Source: Caecitellus pseudoparvulus
Lineage: Eukaryota > Protista > Bigyra: Bicosoecida
Length of the DNA stretch: 64,000 bases
Reading direction: 5' to 3'
Assembly (NCBI GenBank): GCA_965644315.1
Contig: CBFFRQ010000030.1
Coordinates: 372,001-436,000, forward strand
The notes below the pieces were generated by a model. The model was not told where the DNA came from. It worked only from the letters and a program-made list of their open reading frames with translations, and searched no databases. A program made the position numbers and the translations under genes. Of the stretch, positions 1 to 10,991 are shown in pieces (positions within the stretch are counted from its first letter, which is position 1; every line of letters starts with the position of its first letter).

Positions 1-3000
1 CTGCCGCGTGCCAGCGGCCACCTGCGCACCGTTGGACAGCATGACTGCTGAATCCAACTGGATGGGGGTCGACCGAGAGTGCACAGAGCTTGCAGTGGCA
101 CTGGCTGCTCCAGCCCCTGTGCTGACTTGGACGGGAATGCTGTGCAACTCCTCAGCCCCCGTCACGAGATCGCGAGTGACGAGAGCTATCGTGCCGACAT
201 GGCTCCCAAGGTGAGGCAGGCTGTGCTGGTTGTAGTGCACTGTCACGTGCAACGCTGCCTGTGAGCCTGGCTGTGTTGCTCCCGAGTCAAGGAACGCCAC
301 CTCGCCCACACTCCGCGCCGCTTCGCTCTCCCAGAACAACCGCTGCTCAGCCACGCCCCCGCCCAAAGCTGGCACGGGCACACTGGAGATGCCAATGGAC
401 GCCCACTGAAGGGCACTGTGCTGGGAAGTCAAAGCTGCGAAGTCCGCACTGGCGTTGTGTGTTCCAGATGCACAGCTGGAGTTCTGACCTGGAGGTGTGA
501 GGCTGGCACTGTCCACATCCAGCACAGCTGCTCGCTGCACACGCATGGGCCCGGTGCCGAGGTTCGTCAAGTGCACGATGCCTTGGGCAAACACTGTCGG
601 CTGCGACGACGCCAGGCGGGGAGCTCGCAAGTCCTGAATGGACACGGAGCTGGGGCAGATGGACACCGTCGATACCAGCAGTCGCACAGGCACGGGGATC
701 ACCTCCCAGCTTGACGGCGCCCCAGCGACTTCCATGGCGATGGACACAGTGGCTGAGTGGAGCCCGGCTCGCAGCCCAGCCACCAATGCCTGCAGCTGCA
801 AGGTGCTGGTGCTGTGGGCGGGAACGGCAACCTGCACACAAGCATGGCCTGCCTGCATGGAAGTGGGCAAGACTTGAATGTTGGCAGAGCTGCAGGGCTG
901 TGCAGTTGCGGGTAGCGTGAGCCAACAGACATCGTGTGGAAGCAAGGCAAGCACCATGCCAGACCTGGCGCCAGTGTTGGACATTGTGATGCTCATGGTG
1001 CTCACGCCACCCGGCACAACTGAGCTGGGGCGCAGGAACTCAGTGATGGACTGAGGCGACAAGCTGAGCTTGGAAAGGCGCGCTTCGATTGTGATGGGGA
1101 TGGAATCAAGCGCAGTCCCAGCCTCATCGCCCACCCTTGATACCGAGAGGGCGAAAGAGAACACAGCAGACACAGGGTGCGACTCCAATACTGCTGGAAG
1201 CGACACTTGGGTTGTCAAGGCGACTTCATGCACCTCACCGTTCGTGCTCAGTAGCTCTGCGCTGCCGCCTGGTTGCACTGCCACACTCGGCAGCAAGGCG
1301 AGGGTCTCCGGTGCAATGCTGGTCAGTGCTGCCTGCACCTCGGACGGTGCCGAGGATGCACAGACTGGCGCTTCTGGGCTGCAGGAGAGGTACGCCTGGT
1401 CGATCACTGCGCTTCCAAGTAGGCGAAGGGAAGCAGTCCACCGGGCTGACGTTGCCCCGATGCGCAGAATGAGAGGCAGACTTGTGCTCGAGTTGGACAC
1501 ATCGTGAAGCTCAACCCGAGGAGGCTGGCGGGGCAGGAACAGTGCATGCCAGATGGTGTCGCTCTGGAGCTGCTCGCTCAATTGTGCTGTGCTGGTGCTG
1601 GGCAGGGCAGTTGGGGAAGCACTGCTTGTGGCCGCTGCAGATGTGGTGGGTGTGGCTGTGGCCTGAGAAGTGCTTGACTCGGTTGGAGAGGGGGTGGTGG
1701 ACAGTGTGGCAGATGTGCTTGGCGTTGGCAAGCTCGGTGAAGAGCTGGATGCCGTGGCCGATGCAGTGCCCGATGCCGATTGAGTCAAAGTGCCCGAGGC
1801 CGATGGCGACACAGTACCCGAGACCGATGGAGTCACAGTCCTCGGTGGTGTGATTGAAGCTGTCTGAGTAGGAGACACAGAAGCAGTGACTGAAGCAGAT
1901 GAGGAGACGGATGAAGTCTGAGTCGGTGTGTTTGGCGCTGATGGAGAAACTGATCTGTTTGGAGTGCTACTCGGAGTTGCGCTCGGAGATGGTGATGGAG
2001 TTGGCAAGAAATGCACCGAACCTGCAGTGTACGGGAGCTCGTCATCACCAATGCTGTTGGTGTTGCCGTACCCCAGCTGCCCAGTAACTCCGTAGCCCCA
2101 GCACGTCACATTACCGCTGCTCAGCACAGCACAAGTGTGAGATTGCCCTGCTGTCACCTGTGTGGCAGTCACACCAGCACCCAGATTCACAGTGCCTGCA
2201 GTGTACGGGAGCTCGTCATCACCTATGTCGTTGGTGCTGCCATAGCCAAGTTGGCCAAAGTCGCCATCTCCCCAGCACATAACATCACCACTTGCCAACA
2301 GTGCGCATGTGTGGTCGTTTCCAGCAGAGACCTGTGAGGCAGTGATACCGCTGCCAAGGCCCACAGTGCCTGCAGTGACAGGGTGCTCATTGTCGCCAAT
2401 ATGGTTGGTGTTGCCGTACCCAAGCTGCCCATCCGAGCCGAACCCCCAACACATTACACTTCCCCCGGTCAACAGGACACACGTATGCGCATTCCCAGCT
2501 GTCACCTGCACTGCAGTGATGCCACTGCCAAGGTTCACAGTACCAGCAGTGTATGGGTGCTCATCATCGCCGATATTAGAAGTGTGGCCATAGCCAAGCA
2601 CACCATAGTCACCTATTCCCCAGCACATGACATCACCGCTGGCCAACAGCGCACACGTGTGAGCGCCCCCAGCAGATAATTGAGTGACAGATACCCCACT
2701 TCCAAGGTCCACAGTGCCTGCAGAAGAAGGGTGCTCATCGTCTCCAATGTTGTTCATGTTGCCGTACCCAAGGCAACCATAAAATGCCTGTCCCCAGCAC
2801 ATAACGTCGCCGCTGGTCAGCAACGCGCAAGTGTGTGCCACCCCAGCTGTCACTTGCACGGCAGTAACGCCACTGCCAATATCAACAGCGCCAACCGCTG
2901 AAGGGTGTTCGTTGTCTCCAATATTTTCGGTGTTGCCGTAACCCAGACGTCCACCTGCTCCAGAGCCCCAGCACACAACAGCTCCAGTCTTGAGCAAACC

Positions 3001-3429
3001 GCAAGTATGATAAAAACCCGCCACAATCCATTCTGGGGTTCCAACAACCCCCACCTGGATTGCCCCCGCAGTGTAGGGTTCCTCGTCGTCGCCCACGTAG
3101 TTGATATTGCCGTATCCAAGGCGACCGAAGCTCCCAGCTCCCCAACATCGAAACTCACCTCCAAAGCAGGTGCAGGTGTGCTCCCGACCGGCAGAGACAT
3201 TGAAGCCTTGCGACCCAGCCCCTGATAACCGACGAACATGTCTACCATAAAATCCTCCCTCTCCGCCATCAACCAGCACTTGCTTGGCGCGAGCGTGGCA
3301 AATGCCCACCAAAGCGCAAGTCAAGGCGAACGCCAGATAACCAGTTCTGCCACCTGCATGCTGCTGTGGGCTGCCGCGCTTGGCAAGCGCAGCCTGACGT
3401 TCAAGGGCGCTGTCCCAAGGAGTTATCAT
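1..3429 (-). CDS. Secreted/surface RCC1(BLIP-II)-repeat beta-propeller protein with Ser/Thr/Pro-rich stalk; 3' end runs off the window start
   Basis: Minus-strand frame (codons start at positions divisible by 3), absent from the ORF track apparently because it has no stop in the window. Manual translation from ATG 3429 gives a hydrophobic stretch YLAFALTCALVGICHA, then HVRRLSG, then seven repeats of the form VTAGxxHTCALLxxGDVMCWGxGxxGQLGYGNTNxIGDDExP, then PTPSPSPSATPSSTP... (~1590-2010). I did not translate every codon between 1 and 1500. Confidence 0.85.
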   Translation of the reverse strand, partial: MITPWDSALERQAALAKRGSPQQHAGGRTGYLAFALTCALVGICHARAKQVLVDGGEGGFYGRHVRRLSGAGSQGFNVSAGREHTCTCFGGEFRCWGAGSFGRLGYGNINYVGDDEEPYTAGAIQVGVVGTPEWIVAGFYHTCGLLKTGAVVCWGSGAGGRLGYGNTENIGDNEHPSAVGAVDIGSGVTAVQVTAGVAHTCALLTSGDVMCWGQAFYGCLGYGNMNNIGDDEHPSSAGTVDLGSGVSVTQLSAGGAHTCALLASGDVMCWGIGDYGVLGYGHTSNIGDDEHPYTAGTVNLGSGITAVQVTAGNAHTCVLLTGGSVMCWGFGSDGQLGYGNTNHIGDNEHPVTAGTVGLGSGITASQVSAGNDHTCALLASGDVMCWGDGDFGQLGYGSTNDIGDDELPYTAGTVNLGAGVTATQVTAGQSHTCAVLSSGNVTCWGYGVTGQLGYGNTNSIGDDELPYTAGSVHFLPTPSPSPSATPSSTPNRSVSPSAPNTPTQTSSVSSSASVTASVSPTQTASITPPRTVTPSVSGTVSPSASGTLTQSASGTASATASSSSPSLPTPSTSATLSTTPSPTESSTSQATATPTTSAAATSSASPTALPSTSTAQLSEQLQSDTIWHALFLPRQPPRVELHDVSNSSTSLPLILRIGATSARWTASLRLLGSAVIDQAYLSCSPEAPVCASSAPSEVQAALTSIAPETLALLPSVAVQPGGSAELLSTNGEVHEVALTTQVSLPAVLESHPVSAVFSFALSVSRVGDEAGTALDSIPITIEARLSKLSLSPQSITEFLRPSSVVPGGVSTMSITMSNTGARSGMVLALLPHDVCWLTLPATAQPCSSANIQVLPTSMQAGHACVQVAVPAHSTSTLQLQALVAGLRAGLHSATVSIAMEVAGAPSSWEVIPVPVRLLVSTVSICPSSVSIQDLRAPRLASSQPTVFAQGIVHLTNLGTGPMRVQRAAVLDVDSASLTPPGQNSSCASGTHNASADFAALTSQHSALQWASIGISSVPVPALGGGVAEQRLFWESEAARSVGEVAFLDSGATQPGSQAALHVTVHYNQHSLPHLGSHVGTIALVTRDLVTGAEELHSIPVQVSTGAGAASATASSVHSRSTPIQLDSAVMLSNGAQVAAGTRQ
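2030..3200 (-). repeat. Seven coding tandem repeats of 174 nt (58 aa RCC1-like blades)
   Basis: The CCCCA of the CWG codons recurs at 2096, 2270, 2444, 2618, 2792, 2966 and 3140, an exact 174-nt period. Confidence 0.9.
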
Positions 3430-5215
3430 TGCAAGGTCAAGCCTGTTCGTGGTTCGCGTGGCTGCAAGCCCTCGCCCATGCGAGGAACGTGCGGTGCTAG
3501 TGCGAGCTGGTGTGATGCCGCAGCAACCTGCAGCGTGGCTGAGTTCCGTCGTGAGCTGCGAAATCCAATGTTGAGGGGCAAGCTGCTTCACCCTCAGTAT
3601 CCCCAGTACTACCTCTCCTCTATATCTGAAGCTCAGACTCGGGCACGCTACGCGCACGACAAACGCGTCCGACAAAAGACGCGGACGTGCGCAGCCCTCT
3701 CTCGCAGATGGCCACACCACTCAACCGGTGCACGCTGAGCAGGCAGCAAACAAAGCTCGCTGATAGCAATGCACGAGTCAAGTTTCATGTTTTCGCATTC
3801 GGGGCAGATGTAGAATTTGCGAGGGGTCCTTCGATGCGAGCATCAAGGGGCGCTCGCTTGGATGGTGCGTGTGGAGCCTGGCTGGTCGGCTGTCAGCCGC
3901 ACACTTCCTGCCACCCGGGCAAGACACGCAGCAAGGAGCACACCGAGCAAGTTTCAAAAACCAAAACAACGAGAGGGCTGCATCAAGCCCTCGTCCTTGT
4001 CTTGAATAGCTCTCCAAGGCATTGGCAAGCTGCAACGGAAGGATCATAGAGAGCAGGAGAACTGCGCCTCAACAGCTGATGTTCGCGCCACAGCGCAAAG
4101 GAGCCGCATGTTCACAGTGATCTTGCTTCGATCCTGGCCAGGCGTGAAGTCGGGGCGCTGTATACGGCCCAGGGGCAAGAATCCTCGAGACTCCCCTCGA
4201 CACGACTGATCCCACTGGCGTTGATCGAGGCGCACCGATCTCCGCCGCGAATGAAGCGTTCAAACACACTTCCGCAGCCGCCTGCCCTTCAGACGCCTCT
4301 TTCATCTTCCATGCGTCGCCCTCCCTTTCCCAAAATCACGGTGCGTCCTATGCTGCGCACAGCACCGCTGCACAATCTCGTCACCATACCAAAGCAATTT
4401 CCGCAGCGGGGCCGAAGCTCTCCACCTCGTTTCTTGGCCAACCAAGGCAAAAGCTACTTGATCGTGACCTCTGCGACTGAATTTCTCAGGTGTATACCAC
4501 CTGGCGTGTGTAATTACGTCATCAGTTGTGTTTTCTGCCACAAAGCGCGAAAATGAACAAGGAGACTATAAATCTGGCGAAGCGACAGCGTCCCCGACTC
4601 TGCGCAAAGACCGTTTTCAGCTACGTCTTTGAATCTTCACGCAGTGCATCAAACAACCGGCTATTCTTCGCGACGAAATGAGCACTGGAGCTTGCCGTGC
4701 GTAGATTTGGCTTCTTTGAGGCTGCATTCCCTCAATAAAAGGTTGCTCTCATAGCTCGCCTTGCGCGGACAGTGCCAGAACCTTATCGTAGGGTTCGCGA
4801 GAGTCTTCAAACTCGCCGCTGGCGAAGGCAAGGGCTTGGGTACCATCCTGAGGTACAAACGCGAGAAGTGTGAACCCTAGGCATGTCGAGGGGCCAACCT
4901 GTCTCAACAAACACGACACTAACAGACCCACATTGCCTGGCAAGAATCGCCACCAGCCCCCCACTCCGTCTCGGCCAACTCAAACATAAACCAGAAGGAG
5001 CGACCACTAACTTTGCAAGCGGACCATTCCATGCCATCCATCGCCAACTGCGCACCTCCAGTAAAGCTGTGGCATGCGTGACAAAGGTGTTTGACTCAAA
5101 ATGCGGCCCACAGCGACGCCGTTGAATGCGGAAGCAGCACAGTACATTACATAACAAATACGAGCACACCCAAGACACCTGTAGCTGAGGGCGGCAGCGG
5201 AGTCACGGGCCATGG

Positions 5216-6920
5216 TTACAGGCAGTCATCGAAAGACTCAGGCAACTCCTCGATCTGGGCGTGGTAGAAGTCTTCGATTTCGTGCAAGAAGTGGGCGTCC
5301 TGGTCTGTGATGAGGTTGATGGCGACACCCTTGCGGCCCCACCGCCCGGAGCGCCCGATGCGGTGGATGTAGCTCTCGTGTTTCATGGGCAGGTTGTAGT
5401 TGACGACGATGGACACCTGCTGCACGTCAATGCCGCGGGCCAGGAGGTCGGTGGTGATGAGGACGCGGGAGGCACCGGAGCGGAACTCCTGCATGACCGC
5501 CTCGCGGTCGCGCTGCTCCATCTCGCCGTGCGTGCAAGAGACGGTGAAGTCTTTGGACTCCATGCACCCGACCAGCCAGTCCACCTTCCGGCGGGTGTTG
5601 CAGTAGATGATGCTCTGGCTGATGGTCATGCTCTTGTACAGGTCGCACAGGGCGTCGAACTTGGCCGCCTCGCGGTCCACCTTGATGTAGAACTGCTTGA
5701 TGCCGTCCAGCGTCAGCTCCTGGCGCTTGACCAGAATGTAAGCTGTATCTCGCATGAACCTGTTGGTCAGCTCCAGGGCCTCAGGCGGCATGGTGGCGGA
5801 GAACAGGGCCACCTGCATATCCTTGGGCAGGCCAACACAAAAGATCTCGTAGATCTGCTCCTTGAAGCCGCGGTCCAGCATCTGGTCGGCCTCGTCCAGG
5901 ATGAGCAGCTTCAGGTGGGACACCTCTAGGGCATACTGGCGCATCATGTCAAGGACTCGGCCGGGGGTGCCCACCACCACCTGGACGCCGGAGCGCAAGG
6001 CAGCGATGTCGTCCGCCCGCGACGTGCCACCGATGCACGTGTGCACCTTGATGGACATGTACGAGCCGATGCTGGCGACGACCGTGGTGATCTGTTCCGC
6101 CAGCTCTCGGGAGGGGGCCAGGATGAGTGCTTGTGTGTGGGGTGACGCCTGGTCGATGCGCTGCAGCATGCCGATGGTGAAGGTGCCGGTTTTGCCAGTG
6201 CCAGATTGGGCCTGTGGTGGAGGGTGCATGTGTGAGCACAGTGAAGCGCTTGAGCGGTGGGAGGAGGTGGAGGTGCCCCAGCCTGCCGCCGCCGTGGCGA
6301 GGTGCCAGCAGCCAGCGCTGCCCAAACGCCGCCTCTTCTCTTCCTGCTCACATCCCGGCACAGCACGCACCTGTGCGACAGTGTCACGACCGGCAATGAT
6401 GGGCATGATTGCGCGCTGTTGGATGGGCGACGGCTTCTCGAAGCCGTGTGCTGTGTGGGGAGGGGGGGGTGGAAGGCGCCGTGCCGTTCCTGCTTCGCGA
6501 CAAGGCTACGTCCACCACCTCACGCACCGACGATGCCACGCTGTGGAGGGGGAGCAAGTGTGAGCACAGTGCAGTGAGAGCAGTTAGTTTTTCTGGCCAC
6601 CGCCCAGCACAGGGTGCTGCCACGAGCGTGGCCGGGGTGGGGATGGTCAGCGTGGCCTTCGCGGCAACAGTTGCGAGACACGACACGCCGGCGCCACGCT
6701 GGAGCCCCTGCAGCAGCGACGCGCCCACGCACTAGGAGGTCGTCCTTGAGACCCATGTCGTCAAAGGACTGCACGACTGTGACTTTATTGCTCTTCCCAC
6801 TGCCGCACTCGTTCACGGCAGGTGTGGCCTCTGCATGACCACGGGGTGGTGGTGGTGCGCTCACGCGCGAGGAAGGGTGCCGTTGCACGCACGGGTTTGG
6901 TGTGGCGCGGCGGCAGCCAT
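5216..6920 (-). CDS. EIF4A: Eukaryotic initiation factor 4A (DEAD-box RNA helicase), 5 exons including a 13-nt micro-exon
   Basis: Spliced translation: [12 protein letters not shown]|RGIVA|[14 protein letters not shown]...AQ|[48 protein letters not shown]. All introns are GT-AG. Confidence 0.95.
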
Positions 6921-7357
6921 GATTGGGAATGGGTGCTGGGGTTGGGGGTTGAAGTTGTGTGCTGAGATGGGCTTGAAGAGGGGGGTGAGACTTCGAATAC
7001 TGTGAAAAGGAACTGGCATTGAAATCTGGGGCGCTCTGGGCCAGTGAGTGGGGCGAGTGCAGGGGGGGGGGCGTGCCACCCCCCACTCCCATGGGACCCT
7101 TGGTTGGGAAGGCTTTGTTTTGAGTGCGCAGAAGACGGGCTGGGGGGTAGCGAGGAAGTGATGAGAGTGGAGCGAGGAGTGGTCAGGCGCTGCCAGGTAT
7201 GATTCGCAGCGGCGCACCCGCGGGCCAAACTCGAAATGCCACCAGTCACTGCCACGTGTTTTAAGATCCTCAGGCTTTCTCCCCTACGCCATCGTGTCCT
7301 TCGCACGAGTGCTTGTTGGAGGAATCCTGACGTCAGGCCAGGCAAGCGCAGCGAAGT

Positions 7358-7937
7358 ATGAGCCACTCTGAGTTTCTTGGCTCCTTCCGGGCCGTGAAGT
7401 TCACAGGGAACCGTTTCCTGGATGGCTACATCAAGGCTCGTGCCAGCTTATATCGTGGGCAAGGATGGAGGTACACGCAGCCATGGTTCTTGCGCCCAGA
7501 TGCCCGCCAGACAGCCGTGAGTGGCGTCCGCGTTGCACGCGAAACGCCGGGCGCCAGCCTTTCACCCCTCTCCCCGCTTGACTGGGTCGCAGATCGTGTT
7601 TGGTCTGGCAGGGAACCTTGCTCTGGTGTTTGTGGCCTTGCCCATGGCTGTGAACGCTGTTGTGGATTACAAGGCTGACGTAGCTGAGCAGAGCGAGTAC
7701 AGCCGTGCCCACGCGGCTGTCACGCGGGAAATGGTGCTCACGTTGCTGAACGAGCAGCGTGCAGAGGAGGGGCTGCCCCCTGCAACGCACCTCCTTTGTG
7801 ACGACACCGTGCATGATGACCACCACGACGCAGGTCGCTCCGCTCTCGCCGACTTTGATGCGATATGGTGCCAGGTGGAGGAGAGCATGGCCAGCCAGGC
7901 TGAAGCACCGCCTCACCCAGCAACCGGGGAGCGTTGA
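7358..7937 (+). CDS. Hypothetical single-pass membrane protein, ~167 aa, 2 exons (7358-7516, 7593-7937)
   Basis: A GTGAGT...CGCAG intron joins two ORF-track frames in phase. One hydrophobic segment (IVFGLAGNLALVFVALPMAVNAVV) follows a basic N-terminus. Confidence 0.6.
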
Positions 7938-8070
7938 CGCCCAGACACATGCGCAGTTCACTGCCCGAGACAGAGGACGACGGCCTTTCACACCCACATG
8001 GACGTATTTGCCAGTCAGCGCGCATCAGGGCGTTAGAAGTGGTTGCGTCAGCTGACGAGCAGCTGACTGC

Positions 8071-8910
8071 TCAGCCTTGCAGCATCCACGCAGCTCGTGC
8101 GAGCGACGGGGCAGGGTGTGAGGCGCCACCCTTCCTCTGGCCTGCACGGCGCCCTGTGCGCCGTGTGTGTCGTGAGCTGCTGGCCGAGCCCCCCCCCTCA
8201 GCTTGCTCAGGCGCGGTGGCCGTGCTCACTGCCTTGCCTTGCGGGGAGGATGCGGCGAAGGCGGGGGGCGCAGGCTCCGGCGAGCGGCTTGCTGTGGCCC
8301 TGGAAGCGGTGGGGGGTTGCATGGGGATAGGCGTGTGTGGCGCGCTGTCGTCGCCCCCCTCGCCCCGCACGGCCAGCAGTGGTGAGGGGGGGGACCAGCC
8401 AAAGGCGGAGGCTGCGCCGAGGGCCGGCCGGTCTGGAGACACCCCTCCGCTGGGAGTCGTGCGCAATGAAGACATGGAACTGAGGCCGCCAGTCACTGCT
8501 GCTTGATCAGGGCTGCCCGTGGTGGGGCGAGGGCTGCTGTCTTGCGCTGGCAGCATGCGTTGCACGAAAGCCACGGCCTGCACGATGTTGAAGTCGGAGA
8601 TGCCGAAGGTGCCCATGCTGCGCCCAGAACTGCCCATGATGTCCCGCATGCCCTGCACTTCCTCTTGCAAGAAGTGCTCCAGAGCATGAGCCACCGCTGG
8701 CGCCCCTGCTCGCTGCGTGCTGGCGCGGAGCGTGACGAGGGCCAGCTGCACGAATGCGTTCGGGGGAGGGGCACTCAGCAGGGCATCCAGCAGGTCAAGG
8801 GAGAGGTTTGCAGGCGAAAACTCAAAAGCGTCCTGTGCACACGCCGCGCTGAGCCCGGTGACGGAGCTCGCGTCGGCCTGAGCAGCCGACTTTGCTGGTG
8901 AAACGCTCAT
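8071..8910 (-). CDS. Hypothetical protein (helical N-terminal half, Ser/Pro-rich C-terminal half)
   Basis: Open frame 8071-9033. The ATG at 8910 (MSVSPAKS) is taken as start because the upstream ATGs overlap the stop of the preceding gene. Confidence 0.5.
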   Translation of the reverse strand: MSVSPAKSAAQADASSVTGLSAACAQDAFEFSPANLSLDLLDALLSAPPPNAFVQLALVTLRASTQRAGAPAVAHALEHFLQEEVQGMRDIMGSSGRSMGTFGISDFNIVQAVAFVQRMLPAQDSSPRPTTGSPDQAAVTGGLSSMSSLRTTPSGGVSPDRPALGAASAFGWSPPSPLLAVRGEGGDDSAPHTPIPMQPPTASRATASRSPEPAPPAFAASSPQGKAVSTATAPEQAEGGGSASSSRHTRRTGRRAGQRKGGASHPAPSLARAAWMLQG

Positions 8911-9029
8911 GAAACGGAGCCCGGTTGTGCCAAGCAATTTCGCGTTCAGGGCGTGAGGGTCAGTGGAAATCCAAACCACAGGGAGGAAGCCAAATCGCCC
9001 CACGCTGTGCTTCACGCTTTTGGTGTGCA

Positions 9030-10710
9030 TCATGATTTGCTTGCAGAAGTGGCCCCAGCGGCGGCTGGCCCTGCGTCTACAACGTCACCTGCGACTGAGT
9101 CCAGCCAGGCAGCAATGTCGGGCGACAGCCACTCATTCGTGTGCTCTGGTATGTGAGCCATGGTCCCAAGCAACGCCATTGCGAGGGCCGTCGCATCGCC
9201 AAGTGTCTCTGGGGCAGCGCTTCGCACTGGAACCCCTGGCGCGACCAGGGCTGGTGCTGTTGTCCGAAACGGGTGCACTTCCTCTGACCCACACCAGGAA
9301 CTGAGCACGCTCGCCAAGGATTCTGGTGCCGGCGCCCCTGCCAAAGTGGCGTGCAGGGCGGTTGTGGCTGTGCTCTGGAGGGCATGCACTGGCGAAGTGA
9401 AGATGCCGGCAAGTGACTTCGGCAGGCCTGCTGCAGCGCAGGGTGCATCACGGGTGTGTGCAAGGCGCAGCATGGCGCCAACCGCGGCAAGCCCGGGCAC
9501 GGTGGCTCGTCCAGGTTCGGCAGCCAGGCGAGTCAACGCTTGGCACTCCCGCTGCAGAGCTGCGACGCCTGCCTCGCCAGCTGCCAACAGTGACGATGTC
9601 GCGACTTCCCAGCCCTGCAGCGCAGCACTGCAAGGCTCTGGTAACGTGTCCAGTGCTATCAGTGCTGTCAGGCTGTGGGGTAGGCCTGCAGTTACACAGC
9701 GCAGGACCGCAGCCGTGGTGCAGTGCAGTAACTGCTCGTCAGCGGCGAGCAGCCCGCCAAGCTGTGGACGGGGGGAGTCAGCGCGCCAAATGTGCGGCAC
9801 TGGACACAACAGCGTTTGCAATTGCTGGTGTATGCGTTCATGCCAGGGAGGGGTCATGGGGGAGGCGAGTGGCTGCGTTGCCACCGTCCAAGTTGTGCGC
9901 TGCACCGCAGCAAGCAGTGCCGCGGCCCCCGTCGCACTCCAGGGGGTGACCCAGCACACGGACGGGCTTGCATGATTGGAAGCAGTGTGCTTTGTGCTCC
10001 GACTCGGCCGCTGCAGTGCCGACCAGAGGCAGGCTAGGACCAAGCTCAGCTCTCGTTGGCGGGCTGCCACTTGCAGCACATCTGTGCGAGTGCTCCAGCC
10101 ACCTGCCTGCTCCTCCACCGCAGCCAGAGCCCCTTCCAAGCGACGGAGCGGGAGGGACTGTGCACTGGACGTCGGTGGCCCTTTCGTTGACTGAGGTGTG
10201 GGCGCTGCCTGGCTATTCCACGAGAATCGCAGCAGGATGGCCAGCTGCGTGGCGGCCCACACGGCACCCAGCGCCTCCAAACTGCCCTCTACCTCTCCTC
10301 GTGGATTCAGCGCCATGCTGAGCACTGCATGCGGCGCAAGGGCACGGCGGTGGGAGCGTTGGCTTGGTGTTTGTTGCGGTCAGGGAAGCAGGTGCTGCAC
10401 GCACGGTATGTCACCATGGGGCGGCAGGTTCTGGGCTGGAGGATGGGGCCCCCTTTCGAGAGCCACGCCTTGAGAACTTCATGTCCTTCTTTCAATTGCT
10501 GGGGAGACGCGCCCGTCAGCACGGCTTTGTGCAGCTGCGCAGCACGGCGGCACAGGCAGGCAGGCGGTGGCCAGCCAGGCACTTGCCACGCAGAAGGCCC
10601 GCGAGTCGCACCTCCCGACACACGTCCTCAACAAATTGTCCCTCCGCTGATGCCACTTTGAGCTCCGCTGCTCCCTGGCATGCAGCCTCTGCAACCGTGG
10701 CAAACTGCAT
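9030..10710 (-). CDS. Hypothetical helical-solenoid-like protein, 3 exons
   Basis: MQFATVAE...VCRE | LHKAVLTG...MVTY | LLSMALNPRG... joined by two GTGCG...CAG introns. The last exon is the 431-aa ORF 9030-10325. Confidence 0.55.
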
Positions 10711-10991
10711 GGAAGTGTCTCCGCTGACATCGGGCAGACATCGAGCCGAAACGCCGCCGAAACGTGCAGACGCATCAGCATCTCCATCCACCTCCCTGCA
10801 CGCTGGGCAACGATGAACTTCCGCTTGGAGAATTTCAAGTTTGCCATTTATGTGGTTGGTGCGTCCGATTCCGAGCGGGGTTTCCCACGGGGGGGCCTGG
10901 CTGGTGCCTTTCTGACTGGCAGCGAAGTGACGTGTTTCGGCCGCTCCACCCTCCCCCCGCAGTGCCGGTGCTGACGGTCAGCATCTTCAGC

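Noticed and set aside
6541-6731. snoRNA hosted in the long eIF4A intron, as in vertebrate EIF4A genes
   Set aside because: No C box (RTGATGA), and only a chance-level H-box-like AGAAAA. It cannot be supported without a covariance search.
9030-9033. ATGA stop/start overlap between ORFs 9030-10325 and 8071-9033, suggesting operon-like coupling or a frameshift
   Set aside because: The upstream protein ends in a natural low-complexity tail and a downstream ATG at 8910 gives an ordinary separate gene. There is no evidence for coupling.
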